NCBI GenBank assembly: GCA_035553235.1
Contig: DATNDM010000210.1
Coordinates: 1-30,312, forward strand
Source: Pyrinomonadaceae bacterium
GTDB taxonomy: Bacteria > Acidobacteriota > Blastocatellia > Pyrinomonadales > Pyrinomonadaceae
DNA length: 30,312 bases
Reading direction: 5' to 3'
The notes beneath the pieces were generated by a model. It had not been told where the DNA came from, did no database searches, and was given only the letters and a program-made list of their open reading frames with translations. Below, piece by piece: positions 1-11,924 of this stretch. Each line of letters begins with the position of its first letter. The stretch's first letter is position 1. Position numbers and translations under genes: made by a program.

Positions 1-2523
1 CAGCGGCTGCAATGCACCGAAGACGTAGTGCTGCTGAGTTGTTGGCAGGGGCTGTTGTCGCAACTAACCGGCGAAACTGCTGTAACAACCACGCACGTCC
101 ACAATGGCCGCAAGTATGACGAATTAGCGGATGCGTTCGGCTTGTTTGCCCGGTCTCTACCGCTGGGCGTCACCTTCGATGAAGGAATGACCTTCGCCGC
201 GCTGGTGCAGGACGTAAATGAGCGAGTCACGGAAGGCGGCCAGTGGCAGGAATATTTTGTGCCGGACGAATTAGCACTTGGCCGGTGCTACGGCGGCGGC
301 ATTGGCTATGAGTACGAGCTGCGTCCGCATTCATTTGCAGGACCAGATGTGCGGCTCGAGATAGTGGCGCAGCAAGTCGAGTGTCAAAGCGAGACAGTGA
401 AACTGCAGTGTGTCCGTGCGGACGGAGAATTGACGGCCACAGTTGATTATGACCCGACGGTGTACGAGTCAACGTGGATGCAAATCGTCGCCGAGCAGAT
501 GAAGGAAATCGTCGACAGCGCAGTAGAGAAGGGAGAGCATGCCCCGATATCGGATTTGAACATGGTCTCTGAAACTCAGCGCCAGGTGAACTTGATCGAA
601 TCGAACAGAACGAGCAAGGAGTACCCGAACTCGAAGAGTATTCACGAGTTGATCGAGGAGCAGGTTGCGCGCACGCCCGAACAGATCGCGCTGGTTAGCG
701 GCATTGAGCAGTTTAACTATCGCGAATTGAACGAGCGCGCGAACCAGTTGGCCCATCACCTCCGTTCTCTCGGCGTTGGACCAGAAGTATTTGTCGCAGT
801 TTACATGGATCGATCTGTCGACATGGTCGTGTCCCTGCTCGCAGTTCTCAAGGCGGGCGGAGCCTATGTGCCGCTCGATACCACATACCCATACGAGCGT
901 CTCTCTTTCATGATCGCGGACGCTCAAGTGCCGGTACTCCTGACCCAGGAAAGCATGATGGCGCGCTTGCCTGAGCACGAGGCGAAGGTGATCTACGTCG
1001 ATTCTGAATGGTCGACTGTGGCAACGCAGAGCAGCGCCAATCCGGTCCGCAATGTCGACGCGGACAATGCCGCTTACGTTATCTATACGTCCGGCTCAAC
1101 CGGTATGCCCAAAGGCGTCGTCGTTCCGCACAAGGGACTCGTCAACTATCTGAGCTGGTGCACGGAGACCTACAGAGTGGCTGAAGGTGTCGGGGCGCTG
1201 GTGCATTCGCCGCTGGGATTTGACTTGACGGTCACGAGTATTTTCTCGCCGCTGCTGGCTGGAAAAAGTTTGTTCCTCATTCCTGAAGAAGACGGAATTG
1301 ATGGGCTGACAACTGCGCTGCGCAACGGCAGAAATTTCAGTTTGCTCAAAGTTACGCCGTCTCACCTGGAAATGCTGAACCAGATGCTGACCGGTGACGA
1401 GCTCCGCGGCAGGGTCAACGCTCTGATCATCGGAGGCGAAGCATTGTCAGGTGAAACCGTCGCTTTCTGGAGAGAGCATGCACCCGAGACAAGAATCATC
1501 AACGAATATGGACCAACCGAGACTGTCGTGGGCTGCTGCGTTTACGAGATACCGGATGGAGACACGAACGCCGGCCCGGTGCCTATCGGTCGGCCCATTG
1601 CCAACACAAACATTTACCTGCTCGACAAGAACCTGCGGCCCGTCGCGACGGGTGTCCCCGGCGAACTCTACATCGGCGGTGACGGGTTGGCGCGCGGCTA
1701 CCTGGCGCAGCCGCAGATAACCGCCGAAAGATTCATCCCACATCCATTCAGCGAGAAAGCCGGCGAGCGGATTTATCGCACCGGAGACATGGCACGCTAT
1801 CGGGACAACGGCGAGATCGAATATCTCGGCAGGGTGGACCACCAGGTCAAGGTTCGAGGTTTTCGTGTGGAACTGGGCGAGATTGAAGCTGTGCTCAGAC
1901 AACATCCCCAAATCAACGAAGTCGTTGTCATGACTCGTGAAGAGGTGCTCGGCGACAGGCGCATAGTCGCTTACGTCGTGTCCCCCGAGGGTGCAGATGT
2001 TTCCGTTAACGATATTCGCCGCTTCCTGAGTGTCAAACTACCTGAATACATGATGCCGTCGTCGTTCGTCACACTCAGTGCACTCCCACTGACACCGAAC
2101 GGCAAAGTTGATCGAGAAGCATTGCCCGCGCCCGGACTCGGACGCGCTGGTATGGAAGAGGCCTATGTTGCGCCACGCACTGTTCTCGAAGAGGCGGTCG
2201 CTCGGATATGGGCCGAGACTATCGGCATCGAGTTGCTGGGCGTGCATGACAACTTTTTCGAACTGGGTGGGCACTCGTTATTGGCTACGCAAGTGATCTC
2301 CCGAATCAGAGAGGAATTTGAGGTCGAGCTGCCGGTACGCATGATGTTCGAAGGCATGACGGTCGCAGAGATGGCTGCCGCGATCGTGAGTCGAGAGATG
2401 CATCCGGGTCAGAGTGAGAAGATCGCACAAACGATGAAGGCCGTCGAAGAGATGAGTGAAGGAGAGTTTGTGCAAATGCTGGAACTCAAGAGGGAGTCGC
2501 ATGACATCCAAAGACTTAGTTAA
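1..2523 (+). CDS. NRPS, 5'-truncated: C-terminal part of an atypical condensation-like domain, A domain (predicted Asn), PCP, C-terminal docking helix
   Basis: Frame is open from base 1 (CAG CGG CTG...). A motifs [41 protein letters not shown]. Manually extracted code DLTKIGEVGK matches the Asn-type code. [14 protein letters not shown]. Stop TAA at 2521-2523. Confidence 0.93.
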   Translation, partial: QRLQCTEDVVLLSCWQGLLSQLTGETAVTTTHVHNGRKYDELADAFGLFARSLPLGVTFDEGMTFAALVQDVNERVTEGGQWQEYFVPDELALGRCYGGGIGYEYELRPHSFAGPDVRLEIVAQQVECQSETVKLQCVRADGELTATVDYDPTVYESTWMQIVAEQMKEIVDSAVEKGEHAPISDLNMVSETQRQVNLIESNRTSKEYPNSKSIHELIEEQVARTPEQIALVSGIEQFNYRELNERANQLAHHLRSLGVGPEVFVAVYMDRSVDMVVSLLAVLKAGGAYVPLDTTYPYERLSFMIADAQVPVLLTQESMMARLPEHEAKVIYVDSEWSTVATQSSANPVRNVDADNAAYVIYTSGSTGMPKGVVVPHKGLVNYLSWCTETYRVAEGVGALVHSPLGFDLTVTSIFSPLLAGKSLFLIPEEDGIDGLTTALRNGRNFSLLKVTPSHLEMLNQMLTGDELRGRVNALIIGGEALSGETVAFWREHAPETRIINEYGPTETVVGCCVYEIPDGDTNAGPVPIGRPIANTNIYLLDKNLRPVATGVPGELYIGGDGLARGYLAQPQITAERFIPHPFSEKAGERIYRTGDMARYRDNGEIEYLGRVDHQVKVRGFRVELGEIEAVLRQHPQINEVVVMTREEVLGDRRIVAYVVSPEGADVSVNDIRRFLSVKLPEYMMPSSFVTLSALPLTPNGKVDREALPAPGLGRAGMEEAYVAPRTVLEEAVARIWAETIGIELLGVHDNFFELGGHSLLATQVISRIREEFEVELPVRMMFEGMTVAEMAAAIVSREMHPGQSEKIAQTMKAVEEMSEGEFVQMLELKRESHDIQRLS

Positions 2524-5500
2524 GAAGCGTGAACTGGTAACTTATCTACTCGAGGCTGAAGGCTTCCGGTTCTCATCCAAAGCTAAGATTACGCGCCGGG
2601 CCAACCCCGAAGAGCTGCCGCTCTCATACGCGCAGCAGCGCTTGTGGTTCCTTGAGCAACTCGGCGATACATCTTCAGCTTACAATATTCCGCTGCCGGT
2701 GCTTATCAGTGGACCTCTCGACGTCAAAGCGCTCACTCGAGCTCTCAACGAAATCATTCGTCGTCATGAAGTCCTGCGTGCCTCGTTTGGCTCGCTCTAC
2801 GGTCAAACGCTGCAATTGATCGCACCGAAGGTGGAGTTATCTATCCCGCTCACCGACTTGTCGGCAGTACCTGCCGAACAGCGGCAGCAGGAACTGCGGC
2901 GTCTGATCCAGCTCGACGCTTCCCGCCCGTTTGATCTGACTACCGGCCCATTGATGCGCGCCTCGCTGCTGCAACTGGACGTTGAAGAGTATGCCGCGCT
3001 GCTGACCATGCACCACATCGTTTCGGACGGCTGGTCCACTTCCGTGCTGCTCAAGGAACTGGGCATTCTTTATGAGGCGTTTGCGGAAGGACGTCGCTCG
3101 CCACTGCCGGAGTTGTCAATCCAGTATGCGGATTATGCGAGTTGGCAACGAGAGCGATTAACCGGCGACGTTTTGCAGGCGCAACTGGGTTATTGGAAAC
3201 AACAATTGGCCCACGCGCCGGCCATGATAGAGCTGCCGACCGACCGCCCGCGCCCGCCGATCAAGAGTTTTCGAGGCAGCCGCGAGGGCATTGTGTTGCC
3301 GGCCTCGTTGGGTGAAGCGCTGAGAAGCCTGAGCCAGCGCGAAGGCGTCACTCTGTTCATGACGCTGCTCTCTGCCTTCTACATTCTGTTATGGCGCTAC
3401 AGCGGGCAAGCCGACATCGTCGTCGGGACACCGATTGCCGGACGAAATCGCGCGGAGCTCGAACCCTTAATCGGCTTCTTTGTGAACACCCTGGCCTTGC
3501 GCACCGAGGTGCGCGGTGCTGAAAACTTCAGAGAGTTGCTCGGACGCGTGAAGGAAACCTGTCTCGGAGCGTATGCCCATGAAGATCTGCCGTTCGAAAA
3601 GTTAGTCGAAGAGTTGCAGCCGGAACGTAGCCTCGATCACACGCCGCTGTTCCAGGTGATGTTCATGTTGCAGCAAGGTGGCGGTGCGACCATTGAGTTG
3701 AAAAAACTTCGTCTCTCTCCGTTGGAGATCGAAGACGACACGGAAAAATTTGACCTGACACTGCTTGCAGACGAGAGCGAACCGCTAATGCAGTTAGTAG
3801 TGGGTTACAACACCGACCTGTTTGACGCTGAGACGATCAGGCGGATGCTGAATCATTACCGGCAGGTGTTACAGGCGGTCGTGACTAACCCACGCGAGCG
3901 GCTTTCTGAGTTGCGCCTGCTGACAGAGCCTGAGCGGCGGCAGATCGTCATGGAGTGGAATGACACAGCAGTGCAGTGGCCGGCTGCGGAAGACGCTAAG
4001 ATCGGCATGCTGCATGAGCTGTTCGAACGACAAGTTGAACGCACGCCTTCAGCGATCGCATTGAGCTTCGAAGGCCAGGAACTCAGCTATCAAGAATTAA
4101 ACAGGCGTGCTAACCAACTGGCCCATCATCTGCGTGGGCTCGACGTCGGCCCAGAGATTCAGGTAGGCGTAATGATGGAGCGTTCGCTGGAGATGGTCAT
4201 CAGCCTGCTGGCGATCCTGAAAGCGGGCGGCGCGTATGTACCTTTCGATCCGAGTTATCCGGAAGAACGACTGGCCTTCATGTTGAAGGATGCAGCCGTC
4301 AAAGTTTTGCTTACGCAGGCGGGGCTGCTTGCGCGACTGCCGGAATCAGAACGAGACAACTCAACTGTCAAAGTGCTGGCCGTGGATCGGCTGCGGGAGC
4401 AATTGCGGGAGCAAGCGAGCACTAACCCGCAAGTGCGGCTGACGGGCGCAAACCTGGCGTACATGATCTACACCTCAGGTTCGACCGGGTCACCGAAAGG
4501 AGTACTCAACACTCATGGCGGCATCGTCAACCGCTTGTTGTGGATGCAGCAACGTTACCAGTTGCAGTCCGATGATGTGGTCTTACAGAAAACTCCATTC
4601 AGCTTCGATGTTTCGGTGTGGGAATTCTTTTGGCCGTTGCTCGCGGGAGCGCGGTTAGTAGTAGCGCGGCCCGAAGGTCATCGTGATCCCGAGTATCTGG
4701 TCGAAGTCATCAACAGAGAAAAAGTCACGACGGTCCACTTTGTGCCGGCGATGTTGCAAGCGTTCCTCACCAATGAATCGGTAAGCGCGGGTTGTGGGAG
4801 CGTGCGTCGTATTATCTGTAGCGGCGAAGCCTTAAGTGTCGAATTAGCCGAGCAATGCATGGAGCGATTGCCGCACGCCGAGCTGCACAACTTGTATGGT
4901 CCAACTGAAGCAGCGGTCGACGTGACCGCCTGGCATTGCAAGCCGGGAGAGCAACGCGCGTCAGTGCCCATCGGCCGGCCGATCTCCAACACGCAAATCT
5001 ACATTCTCAACCGCGAAATGCAGCCGGTCCCGATCGGCGTCAGCGGAGAGCTTTACATCGGCGGCGCCGGTTTAGCGAGAGGCTATCATGGCCGGCCGGG
5101 CCTGACCGCCGAACGTTTCATTGCACATCCGCTGGGTCAAAGGCCGGGCGAGCGTTTATATCGCACGGGAGACATCGCGCGCTTTCGTGCGGACGGCGCG
5201 ATCGAGTACATGGGCCGCGAGGACCATCAAGTCAAGATCAGAGGCTATCGGATTGAGTTGGGAGAGATCGAAACAGTGCTGCGGGAGCACGAGCAGGTGC
5301 AAGACGCAGTGGTTATCGCCGACGTCGACGCCACGGGAGACAAACGTCTCGTCGCGTATCTGACCGTGGCAAATCATGATGTGCTGAAGACGACAGAGCT
5401 GAGAACATATCTAAGTCAACGCTTACCGGATTACATGGTGCCGCACGGTTTTGTGCAGCTTACCGAATGGCCACTGACGCCGAGCGGAAAGCTGGACCGG

Positions 5501-8500
5501 CGCGCCTTGCCGGCTCCCAACTTGAAACGGTCGCAAATGGACGGCGCTTATGTCGCCCCGCGCACGAGCGCGGAGGAAGTGCTGGCGGCCGTGTGGTCGC
5601 AGGTGTTGTCAATCGAGCAAGTCGGCGCCTTCGACAATTTCTTCTCTCTGGGTGGTGATTCGATCCGCAGCCTGCAGATAGTGGCCTTGGCCCGCCAACG
5701 CGGCTTGCATTTCACTCTTCAACAATTGTTCCAGCATCAGACCGTGGCGACGCTGGCGGCGGCTGCAACACAGCCTGAGAGTCAGACGGAAGCTCGTCAG
5801 GAAACAGCCAGTGAGCCCTTTGGCCTGATCAGTGCGGCAGACCGTGCCAGGTTGCCGGAAGGCGTGGAGGATGCCTATCCGTTAACAATGCTGCAGGGTG
5901 GCATGTTGTATCACATGCAGCTAACCCCGCAGACACCGCTTTATCACAACGTAAACAGTATGCAGCTCCGTGCTGCGCTGGACGTGGAACTACTCCGCGA
6001 GGCCGCCGCCATGGTGGTTGCCCGTCACGCCGCTCTGCGCACCGGCTTCGACTTGAGCCATTACAGCGAGCCCTTACAGTTGGTCCACCTGCATGCCGTC
6101 ATGGACGTCGGCTTTGACGACATCAGTTCACTGGATACGCAGGAACAGGAGACCCTGATTGATAAGTTCGTCGAGGCCGAAAAGCGACGCAGCTTTGATC
6201 TGAGTCAACCGCCGTTGATGCGTTTCTTCATTCATCGCCGCAGTGATGAGACTTTCCAGTTCACGCTCACGGAATGTCACCCGATTCAGGATGGCTGGAG
6301 TTTGCATACAGTGCTGGCGGAGGCGTTCAGCTATTACTTCGCTCGGCTGAACGGCGAACCGGTTCCAGAGCTTGAACCAATCGCAATCAGCTACAGGGAG
6401 TTTGTGCGCATGGAGCGGGAGGCGCTGGCGAGCGAAGAGCACAAGCTGTTCTGGCGCCGTAAACTCGAAGGCAGTATGACGCTGACATTGCCGCGTTGGG
6501 AAAAATCGCAGCAAGTATCGGGGCGAGCAAATGTCGATGGGCCAACTGAGGTCAAATTCCGCAACGTAAAAATCCCTCCGAAATTGTCGGAAGACCTGAA
6601 GGCGTTAGCGCGCACCCTGGCGGTGCCAATCAAGAGCGTGATCCTCGCCGCGCACATGAAAGTCCTGAACATTCTCAGTGGCTCGACCGACATCCTTACC
6701 GGCGTGGTCAGCAATGGCCGATCTGAGGAGATTGGTGGTGAGCGAACGGTGGGCCTGTTCCTGAACACGCTGCCGTTTCGTCAGCAAGTCACGGGGGGAA
6801 CGTGGGAGGATTTGATACGGGGAACATTCGACACTGAATGGGAGTTGTTGCCATACCGGCGTTATCCGATGGCCGCGTTGCAACAGGGTCGCAGCGGGCA
6901 GTTGTATGAGACCGCTTTTAATTTCATACATTTTCACGTCGTCGATAGTGTGGTCCGCTCCGGTAACGTCGACGTGTTGGCGACTAAAGCATCGGAAGGT
7001 ACGAACTGGACGCTGCAAGCGCATTTTTCATTGGGCCTGGATGCACTGCATTTGGACCTACAGCTCGAGTACAACTCATTAGAGCTGGCTGATGAACAGA
7101 TGGAAGACATCGAGGGCTATTACCTGGGCGTACTGCAGGCAATGGCGCTGAACCCGCTGGCCAATCATCAATACCAGAGCTTCCTCTCAGCCGCGGAGCA
7201 ACAGAAACAGTTGACGGACGGCCGCGGAGTCATGGGTGAATATCCGGTGGACCGGAGCTTCGATGAGCTCTTCCGCGCTCAAGTGGAGCTGACGCCGGAC
7301 GCGGTCGCAGTAGTGAGTGACACCGGGGAGGTAAGTTACCGAGAGTTGAATGAGCGGGCGAATCAATTGGCCCACTGGCTGCGAGCAGCGGGAGTAGGAC
7401 CAGAAGCGGTAGTAGGGTTGCTGGCCGAACGCAGCGAGGGACTGCTGATCGGGATGCTGGGAGTGTTCAAGGTCGGGGCAGCGTATCTGCCGCTCGATCC
7501 GCGGCAGCCGGGCTGGCGACAACAGCAGGTGATAGAGCAGAGCGGGATGCGGCTGGTGCTGGCCAGTGGCCCGTATCAAGCTCAGCTGCGCGCAGCGCTG
7601 CAGGGCGTGCCCGCAGCAGCGCAGCCGGAAGTGCATGACCTGGAGGAACCGTGGCAACCGGGTTCGCAGTGGAGCAAAGCGGCGGTGGTGACTAAGGGCC
7701 AGCCGGACCAACTGGCCTATGTGATCTATACGTCGGGATCGACTGGTGTGCCCAAGGGCGCCATGATTACGCAAGCGGGAATGATCAATCACCTGTGTGC
7801 GAAGGTGGCGGAGTTGGGGTTGGGAAGTGCCGACCGCGTGGCGCAGACAGCGACGCAGAGCTTCGACATTTCAGTCTGGCAGTTTTTGGCCGCGTTGCTG
7901 GCCGGGGGACAAGTACGGATCGTGAGCGACGAAGTTGGCCTCGATCCGCGCGCGTTGCTGCGGTTGGTGTCCGAGAGCGGCGTGACAATCCTGGAGACGG
8001 TGCCGTCGATGCTGGGAGCGCTGCTCGAAGAGCTGGAATCCGGGAGTGACCAGGGAGTAATTGGAGCGGCACGGCTCGGGCAATTGCGCTGGCTGATTGT
8101 GACGGGCGAGGCCTTGCCGCCGGAGTTATGCCGGCGCTGGGCGGCTATTGGAGCGAGCGAGACGCGGTTGCTCAATGCGTATGGACCAACGGAATGCGCC
8201 GACGATGTAACGCATTTCGAAGTGCGCGGTGAAGTGGCGGCGGGGACGATGCGGATCCCGATCGGGCGGCCGTTGGGGAACACGCGTTTGTACGTCGTGA
8301 ATAAAGCTTTGACGCTGGTGCCGCGCGGAGTCGTCGGAGAGTTGTATGTGGGCGGCACGGGAGTCGGGCGCGGCTACTTGCAGGAGCCGAAGCAGACGGC
8401 GCTGAGCTTTGTGCCGGATCCGTTTAGTGGAGAGAGCGGCGCACGGTTGTACCGGACGGGAGACCTGGTCCGGCAGCGTGCTGACGGAGAGTTGGAGTAC

Positions 8501-9199
8501 GTCGGGCGGATAGACCAGCAGGTGAAGGTGCGAGGCTACCGCATTGAGTTAGGAGAGATCGAAGCAGTGCTGAGTGGGCACGTGGCAGTGCAGGAGGCGG
8601 TGGTAGTAGCGCGTGCCGATGCGGGCGGCGAGCAGCGGCTGGTGGGTTACGTAGTGCCGCAGGCAGCCGGCGAGGAGAATGGTCCGGTAACGGTGAGTGA
8701 CTTGCGGGCCTATCTGCGCGAGCGGTTGCCGGAGTATATGGTGCCGCAGGCGTTGGTGCTGCTCGCGCAACTTCCGTTAACGCCCAACGGCAAGATTGAT
8801 CGCAAGGCTTTACCCGCTCCCGAAGGACCAGAGACACAGGAAACTCTGACGTACGTAGCCCCGCGAACCGAGTTGGAGCAGCGGATTGCGGCTATCTGGC
8901 AATCGGTGTTGGGGGTCGAGAAGGTCGGAATGCATGATAACTTCTTCGACCTGGGAGGACATTCCATCCTTTTGATTGAAGCCAGCAGTAAACTCAGGGT
9001 CGCGCTGGAAAGGGAATTATCGGTGGTTGATATGTTTCGCCATCCGACGGTAAGTGCGATGGCTGAGTTCCTGAGCGCAGCACAACCGCAAGATCTGAAC
9101 TTTGCCGAGAATGTGGAACGAGCGAGTGTGCGTCGAGTTTCTGCAAACCGATTGCGTGAAAGAAAGCAGCAGCGTCAAAACGCAAACGCCGCAAAATAG
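2501..9199 (+). CDS. Two-module NRPS: C(LCL)-A(Ser)-PCP-C*(non-canonical)-A(diamino acid, Dap/Dab)-PCP
   Basis: ATG at 2501 follows AGGGAG (2491-2496) and overlaps the upstream gene by 23 nt, so it is preferred over the track start 2456. C1 HHIVSDG. A code DVWHISLVDK (Ser type). PCP GGDSI. C2 starts EDAYPL and has ECHPIQDG. A code DIWEITADDK (diamino-acid type). PCP GGHSI. Confidence 0.93.
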   Translation: MTSKDLVKKRELVTYLLEAEGFRFSSKAKITRRANPEELPLSYAQQRLWFLEQLGDTSSAYNIPLPVLISGPLDVKALTRALNEIIRRHEVLRASFGSLYGQTLQLIAPKVELSIPLTDLSAVPAEQRQQELRRLIQLDASRPFDLTTGPLMRASLLQLDVEEYAALLTMHHIVSDGWSTSVLLKELGILYEAFAEGRRSPLPELSIQYADYASWQRERLTGDVLQAQLGYWKQQLAHAPAMIELPTDRPRPPIKSFRGSREGIVLPASLGEALRSLSQREGVTLFMTLLSAFYILLWRYSGQADIVVGTPIAGRNRAELEPLIGFFVNTLALRTEVRGAENFRELLGRVKETCLGAYAHEDLPFEKLVEELQPERSLDHTPLFQVMFMLQQGGGATIELKKLRLSPLEIEDDTEKFDLTLLADESEPLMQLVVGYNTDLFDAETIRRMLNHYRQVLQAVVTNPRERLSELRLLTEPERRQIVMEWNDTAVQWPAAEDAKIGMLHELFERQVERTPSAIALSFEGQELSYQELNRRANQLAHHLRGLDVGPEIQVGVMMERSLEMVISLLAILKAGGAYVPFDPSYPEERLAFMLKDAAVKVLLTQAGLLARLPESERDNSTVKVLAVDRLREQLREQASTNPQVRLTGANLAYMIYTSGSTGSPKGVLNTHGGIVNRLLWMQQRYQLQSDDVVLQKTPFSFDVSVWEFFWPLLAGARLVVARPEGHRDPEYLVEVINREKVTTVHFVPAMLQAFLTNESVSAGCGSVRRIICSGEALSVELAEQCMERLPHAELHNLYGPTEAAVDVTAWHCKPGEQRASVPIGRPISNTQIYILNREMQPVPIGVSGELYIGGAGLARGYHGRPGLTAERFIAHPLGQRPGERLYRTGDIARFRADGAIEYMGREDHQVKIRGYRIELGEIETVLREHEQVQDAVVIADVDATGDKRLVAYLTVANHDVLKTTELRTYLSQRLPDYMVPHGFVQLTEWPLTPSGKLDRRALPAPNLKRSQMDGAYVAPRTSAEEVLAAVWSQVLSIEQVGAFDNFFSLGGDSIRSLQIVALARQRGLHFTLQQLFQHQTVATLAAAATQPESQTEARQETASEPFGLISAADRARLPEGVEDAYPLTMLQGGMLYHMQLTPQTPLYHNVNSMQLRAALDVELLREAAAMVVARHAALRTGFDLSHYSEPLQLVHLHAVMDVGFDDISSLDTQEQETLIDKFVEAEKRRSFDLSQPPLMRFFIHRRSDETFQFTLTECHPIQDGWSLHTVLAEAFSYYFARLNGEPVPELEPIAISYREFVRMEREALASEEHKLFWRRKLEGSMTLTLPRWEKSQQVSGRANVDGPTEVKFRNVKIPPKLSEDLKALARTLAVPIKSVILAAHMKVLNILSGSTDILTGVVSNGRSEEIGGERTVGLFLNTLPFRQQVTGGTWEDLIRGTFDTEWELLPYRRYPMAALQQGRSGQLYETAFNFIHFHVVDSVVRSGNVDVLATKASEGTNWTLQAHFSLGLDALHLDLQLEYNSLELADEQMEDIEGYYLGVLQAMALNPLANHQYQSFLSAAEQQKQLTDGRGVMGEYPVDRSFDELFRAQVELTPDAVAVVSDTGEVSYRELNERANQLAHWLRAAGVGPEAVVGLLAERSEGLLIGMLGVFKVGAAYLPLDPRQPGWRQQQVIEQSGMRLVLASGPYQAQLRAALQGVPAAAQPEVHDLEEPWQPGSQWSKAAVVTKGQPDQLAYVIYTSGSTGVPKGAMITQAGMINHLCAKVAELGLGSADRVAQTATQSFDISVWQFLAALLAGGQVRIVSDEVGLDPRALLRLVSESGVTILETVPSMLGALLEELESGSDQGVIGAARLGQLRWLIVTGEALPPELCRRWAAIGASETRLLNAYGPTECADDVTHFEVRGEVAAGTMRIPIGRPLGNTRLYVVNKALTLVPRGVVGELYVGGTGVGRGYLQEPKQTALSFVPDPFSGESGARLYRTGDLVRQRADGELEYVGRIDQQVKVRGYRIELGEIEAVLSGHVAVQEAVVVARADAGGEQRLVGYVVPQAAGEENGPVTVSDLRAYLRERLPEYMVPQALVLLAQLPLTPNGKIDRKALPAPEGPETQETLTYVAPRTELEQRIAAIWQSVLGVEKVGMHDNFFDLGGHSILLIEASSKLRVALERELSVVDMFRHPTVSAMAEFLSAAQPQDLNFAENVERASVRRVSANRLRERKQQRQNANAAK

Positions 9200-9211
9200 T
9201 TTATATTTGTC

Positions 9212-9378
9212 ATGGCTTTGCACAAAAGAGTCACGAAGGCCCTCTTCTCTGTGCAACCTCTGTGTTCTCTGTGTCTCTGTGGTTGATTAATTCCGAGCAA
9301 AACCACACCACAGAGACACAGAGAACACAGAGGTTGCACAGAGAAATCAAGATGTAGGGACTTTTCGTGCAAAGCCAT
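9212..9378. repeat. Family-1 hairpin repeat, copy 1 (REP/MITE-like)
   Basis: Perfect 39-bp inverted arms 9245-9283 and 9307-9345 (TTCTCTGTGCAACCTCTGTGTTCTCTGTGTCTCTGTGGT), 23-nt loop, nested inside a 12-bp perfect outer IR ATGGCTTTGCAC (9212-9223) / GTGCAAAGCCAT (9367-9378). Confidence 0.92.
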
Positions 9379-9464
9379 TTGTCGTTGAAACCTCCCGACC
9401 GGACGCCTCCCAGCGAAGACCAGAGCGAATAACGTTCAGAGCCCGAACTTCGAAAGGCAGGAAG

Positions 9465-11921
9465 ATGGAAACCTTCATCCAGGATCTCAAACACGGCGCC
9501 CGTATGTTGATAAAAACTCCGGGCTTTACTGCGGTGGCGGTGTTGACACTGGCGCTGGGTATCGGCGCTAACACGGCTATCTTCAGCGTGGTGAACGCTG
9601 TTTTGCTTCGGCCTTTACCTTTCACCGAGCCGCAGCGATTGATAATCATCGGCGAAGCCAACGCCAGTCAAAAGGGCGCCGAAGGAGAGATCGGCATTGC
9701 GCCAGCCAACTATGTGGACTATGCCAAAGAGAACAAAACATTCGAGCGCATGGGCCTATTCTCGATGACGGTGCGCACGGGCTTCAATCTCGGAGGCGCC
9801 GAGGATCCGGAACGCCTGACGGCCGCAAATATCTCGTCGCAACTCTTTCCCACGCTGGGCGTGAATCCGATTTACGGTCGACAGTTTTTCCCGGACGATG
9901 AGAAGCAGGGAAACAATCGCTCCGTCATCCTGAGTTACGACCTCTGGCAACGCCGCTTCGGCGCAGACCCGGGCATCATCAACAAACCGATCACGCTTAA
10001 TGGCGCCAGCTATCAGGTGGTCGGTGTTATGCCGCAGGGATTTCAGTTTCCCACGAAAGATTTACTGCCCGAGCTTCAGACTTTGGCGAAACCTGTTGAG
10101 TTGTGGGTCCCACTCTCGCTCAACGACGCCGCCTGGACCGCGCGCGGGTCACGTTTCCTGCATGCCATCGGACGTCTTAAACCAGGCGTCACGATTGAAC
10201 AAGCAAGGGCTGACTTGAACACTATCGCAGCTCGTCTCGCGCAGCAGTATGAACAGGACCAGGGCTGGACCGCGAAAGTTGTTTCCCTGCAGGCCCAGAT
10301 CGTCGGTTCGATCAGGCTGGCGCTGCTCGTTCTCTTCGGAGCCGTTGGCTTTGTATTGCTGATTGCGTGCTCGAACGTGGCAAACCTTCTGCTCGCACGA
10401 GCCGCCACGCGACAGAAGGAGATCGCCGTCCGCCTTGCGCTCGGTGCTAATCGATTACGGCTTGTGCGCCAGTTGTTGACGGAAGGCTTTCTACTCGTCT
10501 TGATCGGCGGGCCGCTCGGAATGTTGCTGGCGGTGGCCGGCGTCAATGTTCTCGTTTCAATCAGTCCGCAGAGTATTCCGTTGTCTTCGCAACTCGGACT
10601 CGATGCACGAGTCGTCGCGTTCACACTGGTAGTTTCTTTTCTCACGGTGATTATTTTCGGACTAGTGCCCGCGCTGCAGTCGTCGAAGGTGGACCTCAGC
10701 AACGCGATGAAGGAAGGCGGCTCGCGCGGGACCACGAGCAGCGGTCTGCGTGTGCGTAATATCCTCGTCGTCTCTGAACTTGTATTGGCAGCCGTGTTGC
10801 TGGTGGGAGCAGGGTTGATGGTGAAGAGTTTCATGCGGCTCCAGAATGTCGATCCCGGCTTTGACCCGAATAACGTACTGACTTTTCAGTACACCTTACC
10901 GGCCGCAAAATACCCGGATGATCCTCAGATCATTGCCTTCAATGGCCAGCTTATCGAACGTCTCAAAGCGTTGCCGGGTGTCGACTCAGTAAGCGGTGCT
11001 TCGGCGCTGCCGCTCGGTAAACAGAGCAACTACACTTCCTTCACCATTGACGGGCAGCCGCCCCTGCCACCGGGAGAATTCCTGCTGTCCGAACACATCG
11101 GAGTCTTTCCTGACTACTTCAAAACGATGCACGTACAACTGCGAAAGGGGCGTGACTTCACCGCGCATGACACGCAGCAGAGTGCTCCCGTCGTGATCAT
11201 CAATGAAGCCATGGCTAACCAGTTCTGGCCCAACGATAATCCCATCGGAAAGTCGATCAAGATTGACTACGATCAGGGTGTCTCGCGTGAAATCATCGGC
11301 ATCGTCAACAACATCAAGAACTTCAGTCTGGACACGCCGGCGAAGGCCGAGATGTATGTACCTCAATTCCAATTTCCTTTTTACTCGACGTTCCTGGTCG
11401 TGCATGGCAAGGGCGACCCGAAGGACATGGTGATGCCGGTCACCAGGACCGTCGCGGGATTGGACAAGGACCAACCGATCTACAACATCAAGCCGATGAC
11501 GGAAGTGCTGAATGCATCTGTGGCCCGGCAGCGTTTCACTATGTTGTTGATGAGTTGCTTTGCAGCGCTCGCGGCGATACTCGCGGCGATCGGGTTGTAT
11601 GGTGTGATGTCATATTCGGTGAGCCTGCGCTCGCAGGAAATGGGTATTCGCATGGCGCTCGGTTCGCAACGTAAGGACATCCTCAAACTGATTATCGGCC
11701 ACGGGTTGAAGTTGGCTATCATTGGCGTTGTCATTGGTCTAATCATCGCTTTGGGTCTGACGCGTCTCCTCCAAAGTCTTTTATTCGGAATCAGCGCAAA
11801 CGATCCGGTCACCTTTATCGCCATCGCCTTACTGTTGGCCGTCGTGGCGGTGTTGGCAAGCATAATTCCCGCCCGCCGGGCCATGAGAGTCGATCCGATG
11901 GTGGCTCTCAGATACGAATAG
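9465..11921 (+). CDS. ABC transporter permease, duplicated MacB/FtsX type (ADOP, acidobacterial duplicated orphan permease-like)
   Basis: N-terminus [47 protein letters not shown], internal [30 protein letters not shown]-terminus [17 protein letters not shown]. 818 aa, two periplasmic/FtsX halves, no ATPase motifs. Confidence 0.92.
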   Translation: METFIQDLKHGARMLIKTPGFTAVAVLTLALGIGANTAIFSVVNAVLLRPLPFTEPQRLIIIGEANASQKGAEGEIGIAPANYVDYAKENKTFERMGLFSMTVRTGFNLGGAEDPERLTAANISSQLFPTLGVNPIYGRQFFPDDEKQGNNRSVILSYDLWQRRFGADPGIINKPITLNGASYQVVGVMPQGFQFPTKDLLPELQTLAKPVELWVPLSLNDAAWTARGSRFLHAIGRLKPGVTIEQARADLNTIAARLAQQYEQDQGWTAKVVSLQAQIVGSIRLALLVLFGAVGFVLLIACSNVANLLLARAATRQKEIAVRLALGANRLRLVRQLLTEGFLLVLIGGPLGMLLAVAGVNVLVSISPQSIPLSSQLGLDARVVAFTLVVSFLTVIIFGLVPALQSSKVDLSNAMKEGGSRGTTSSGLRVRNILVVSELVLAAVLLVGAGLMVKSFMRLQNVDPGFDPNNVLTFQYTLPAAKYPDDPQIIAFNGQLIERLKALPGVDSVSGASALPLGKQSNYTSFTIDGQPPLPPGEFLLSEHIGVFPDYFKTMHVQLRKGRDFTAHDTQQSAPVVIINEAMANQFWPNDNPIGKSIKIDYDQGVSREIIGIVNNIKNFSLDTPAKAEMYVPQFQFPFYSTFLVVHGKGDPKDMVMPVTRTVAGLDKDQPIYNIKPMTEVLNASVARQRFTMLLMSCFAALAAILAAIGLYGVMSYSVSLRSQEMGIRMALGSQRKDILKLIIGHGLKLAIIGVVIGLIIALGLTRLLQSLLFGISANDPVTFIAIALLLAVVAVLASIIPARRAMRVDPMVALRYE

Positions 11922-11924
11922 TTA

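Noticed and set aside
6266-6295. NocB-type beta-lactam-forming C domain, or an epimerisation domain suggested by the GGDSI PCP
   Set aside because: The motif is ECHPIQDG, not HHHxxxDG or HHxxxDxVSW, and only one C-family domain lies between the PCP and the next A domain.
9017-9661. Short ORFs over the family-1 repeats (e.g. 9102-9290, 9175-9378, 9231-9494; likewise 12001-12204, 15834-16055, 20826-21066, 28630-28872)
   Set aside because: They are translations of the repeat (LCVLCVSVV / [12 protein letters not shown] / [10 protein letters not shown]) recurring at every copy, with no independent coding signal.
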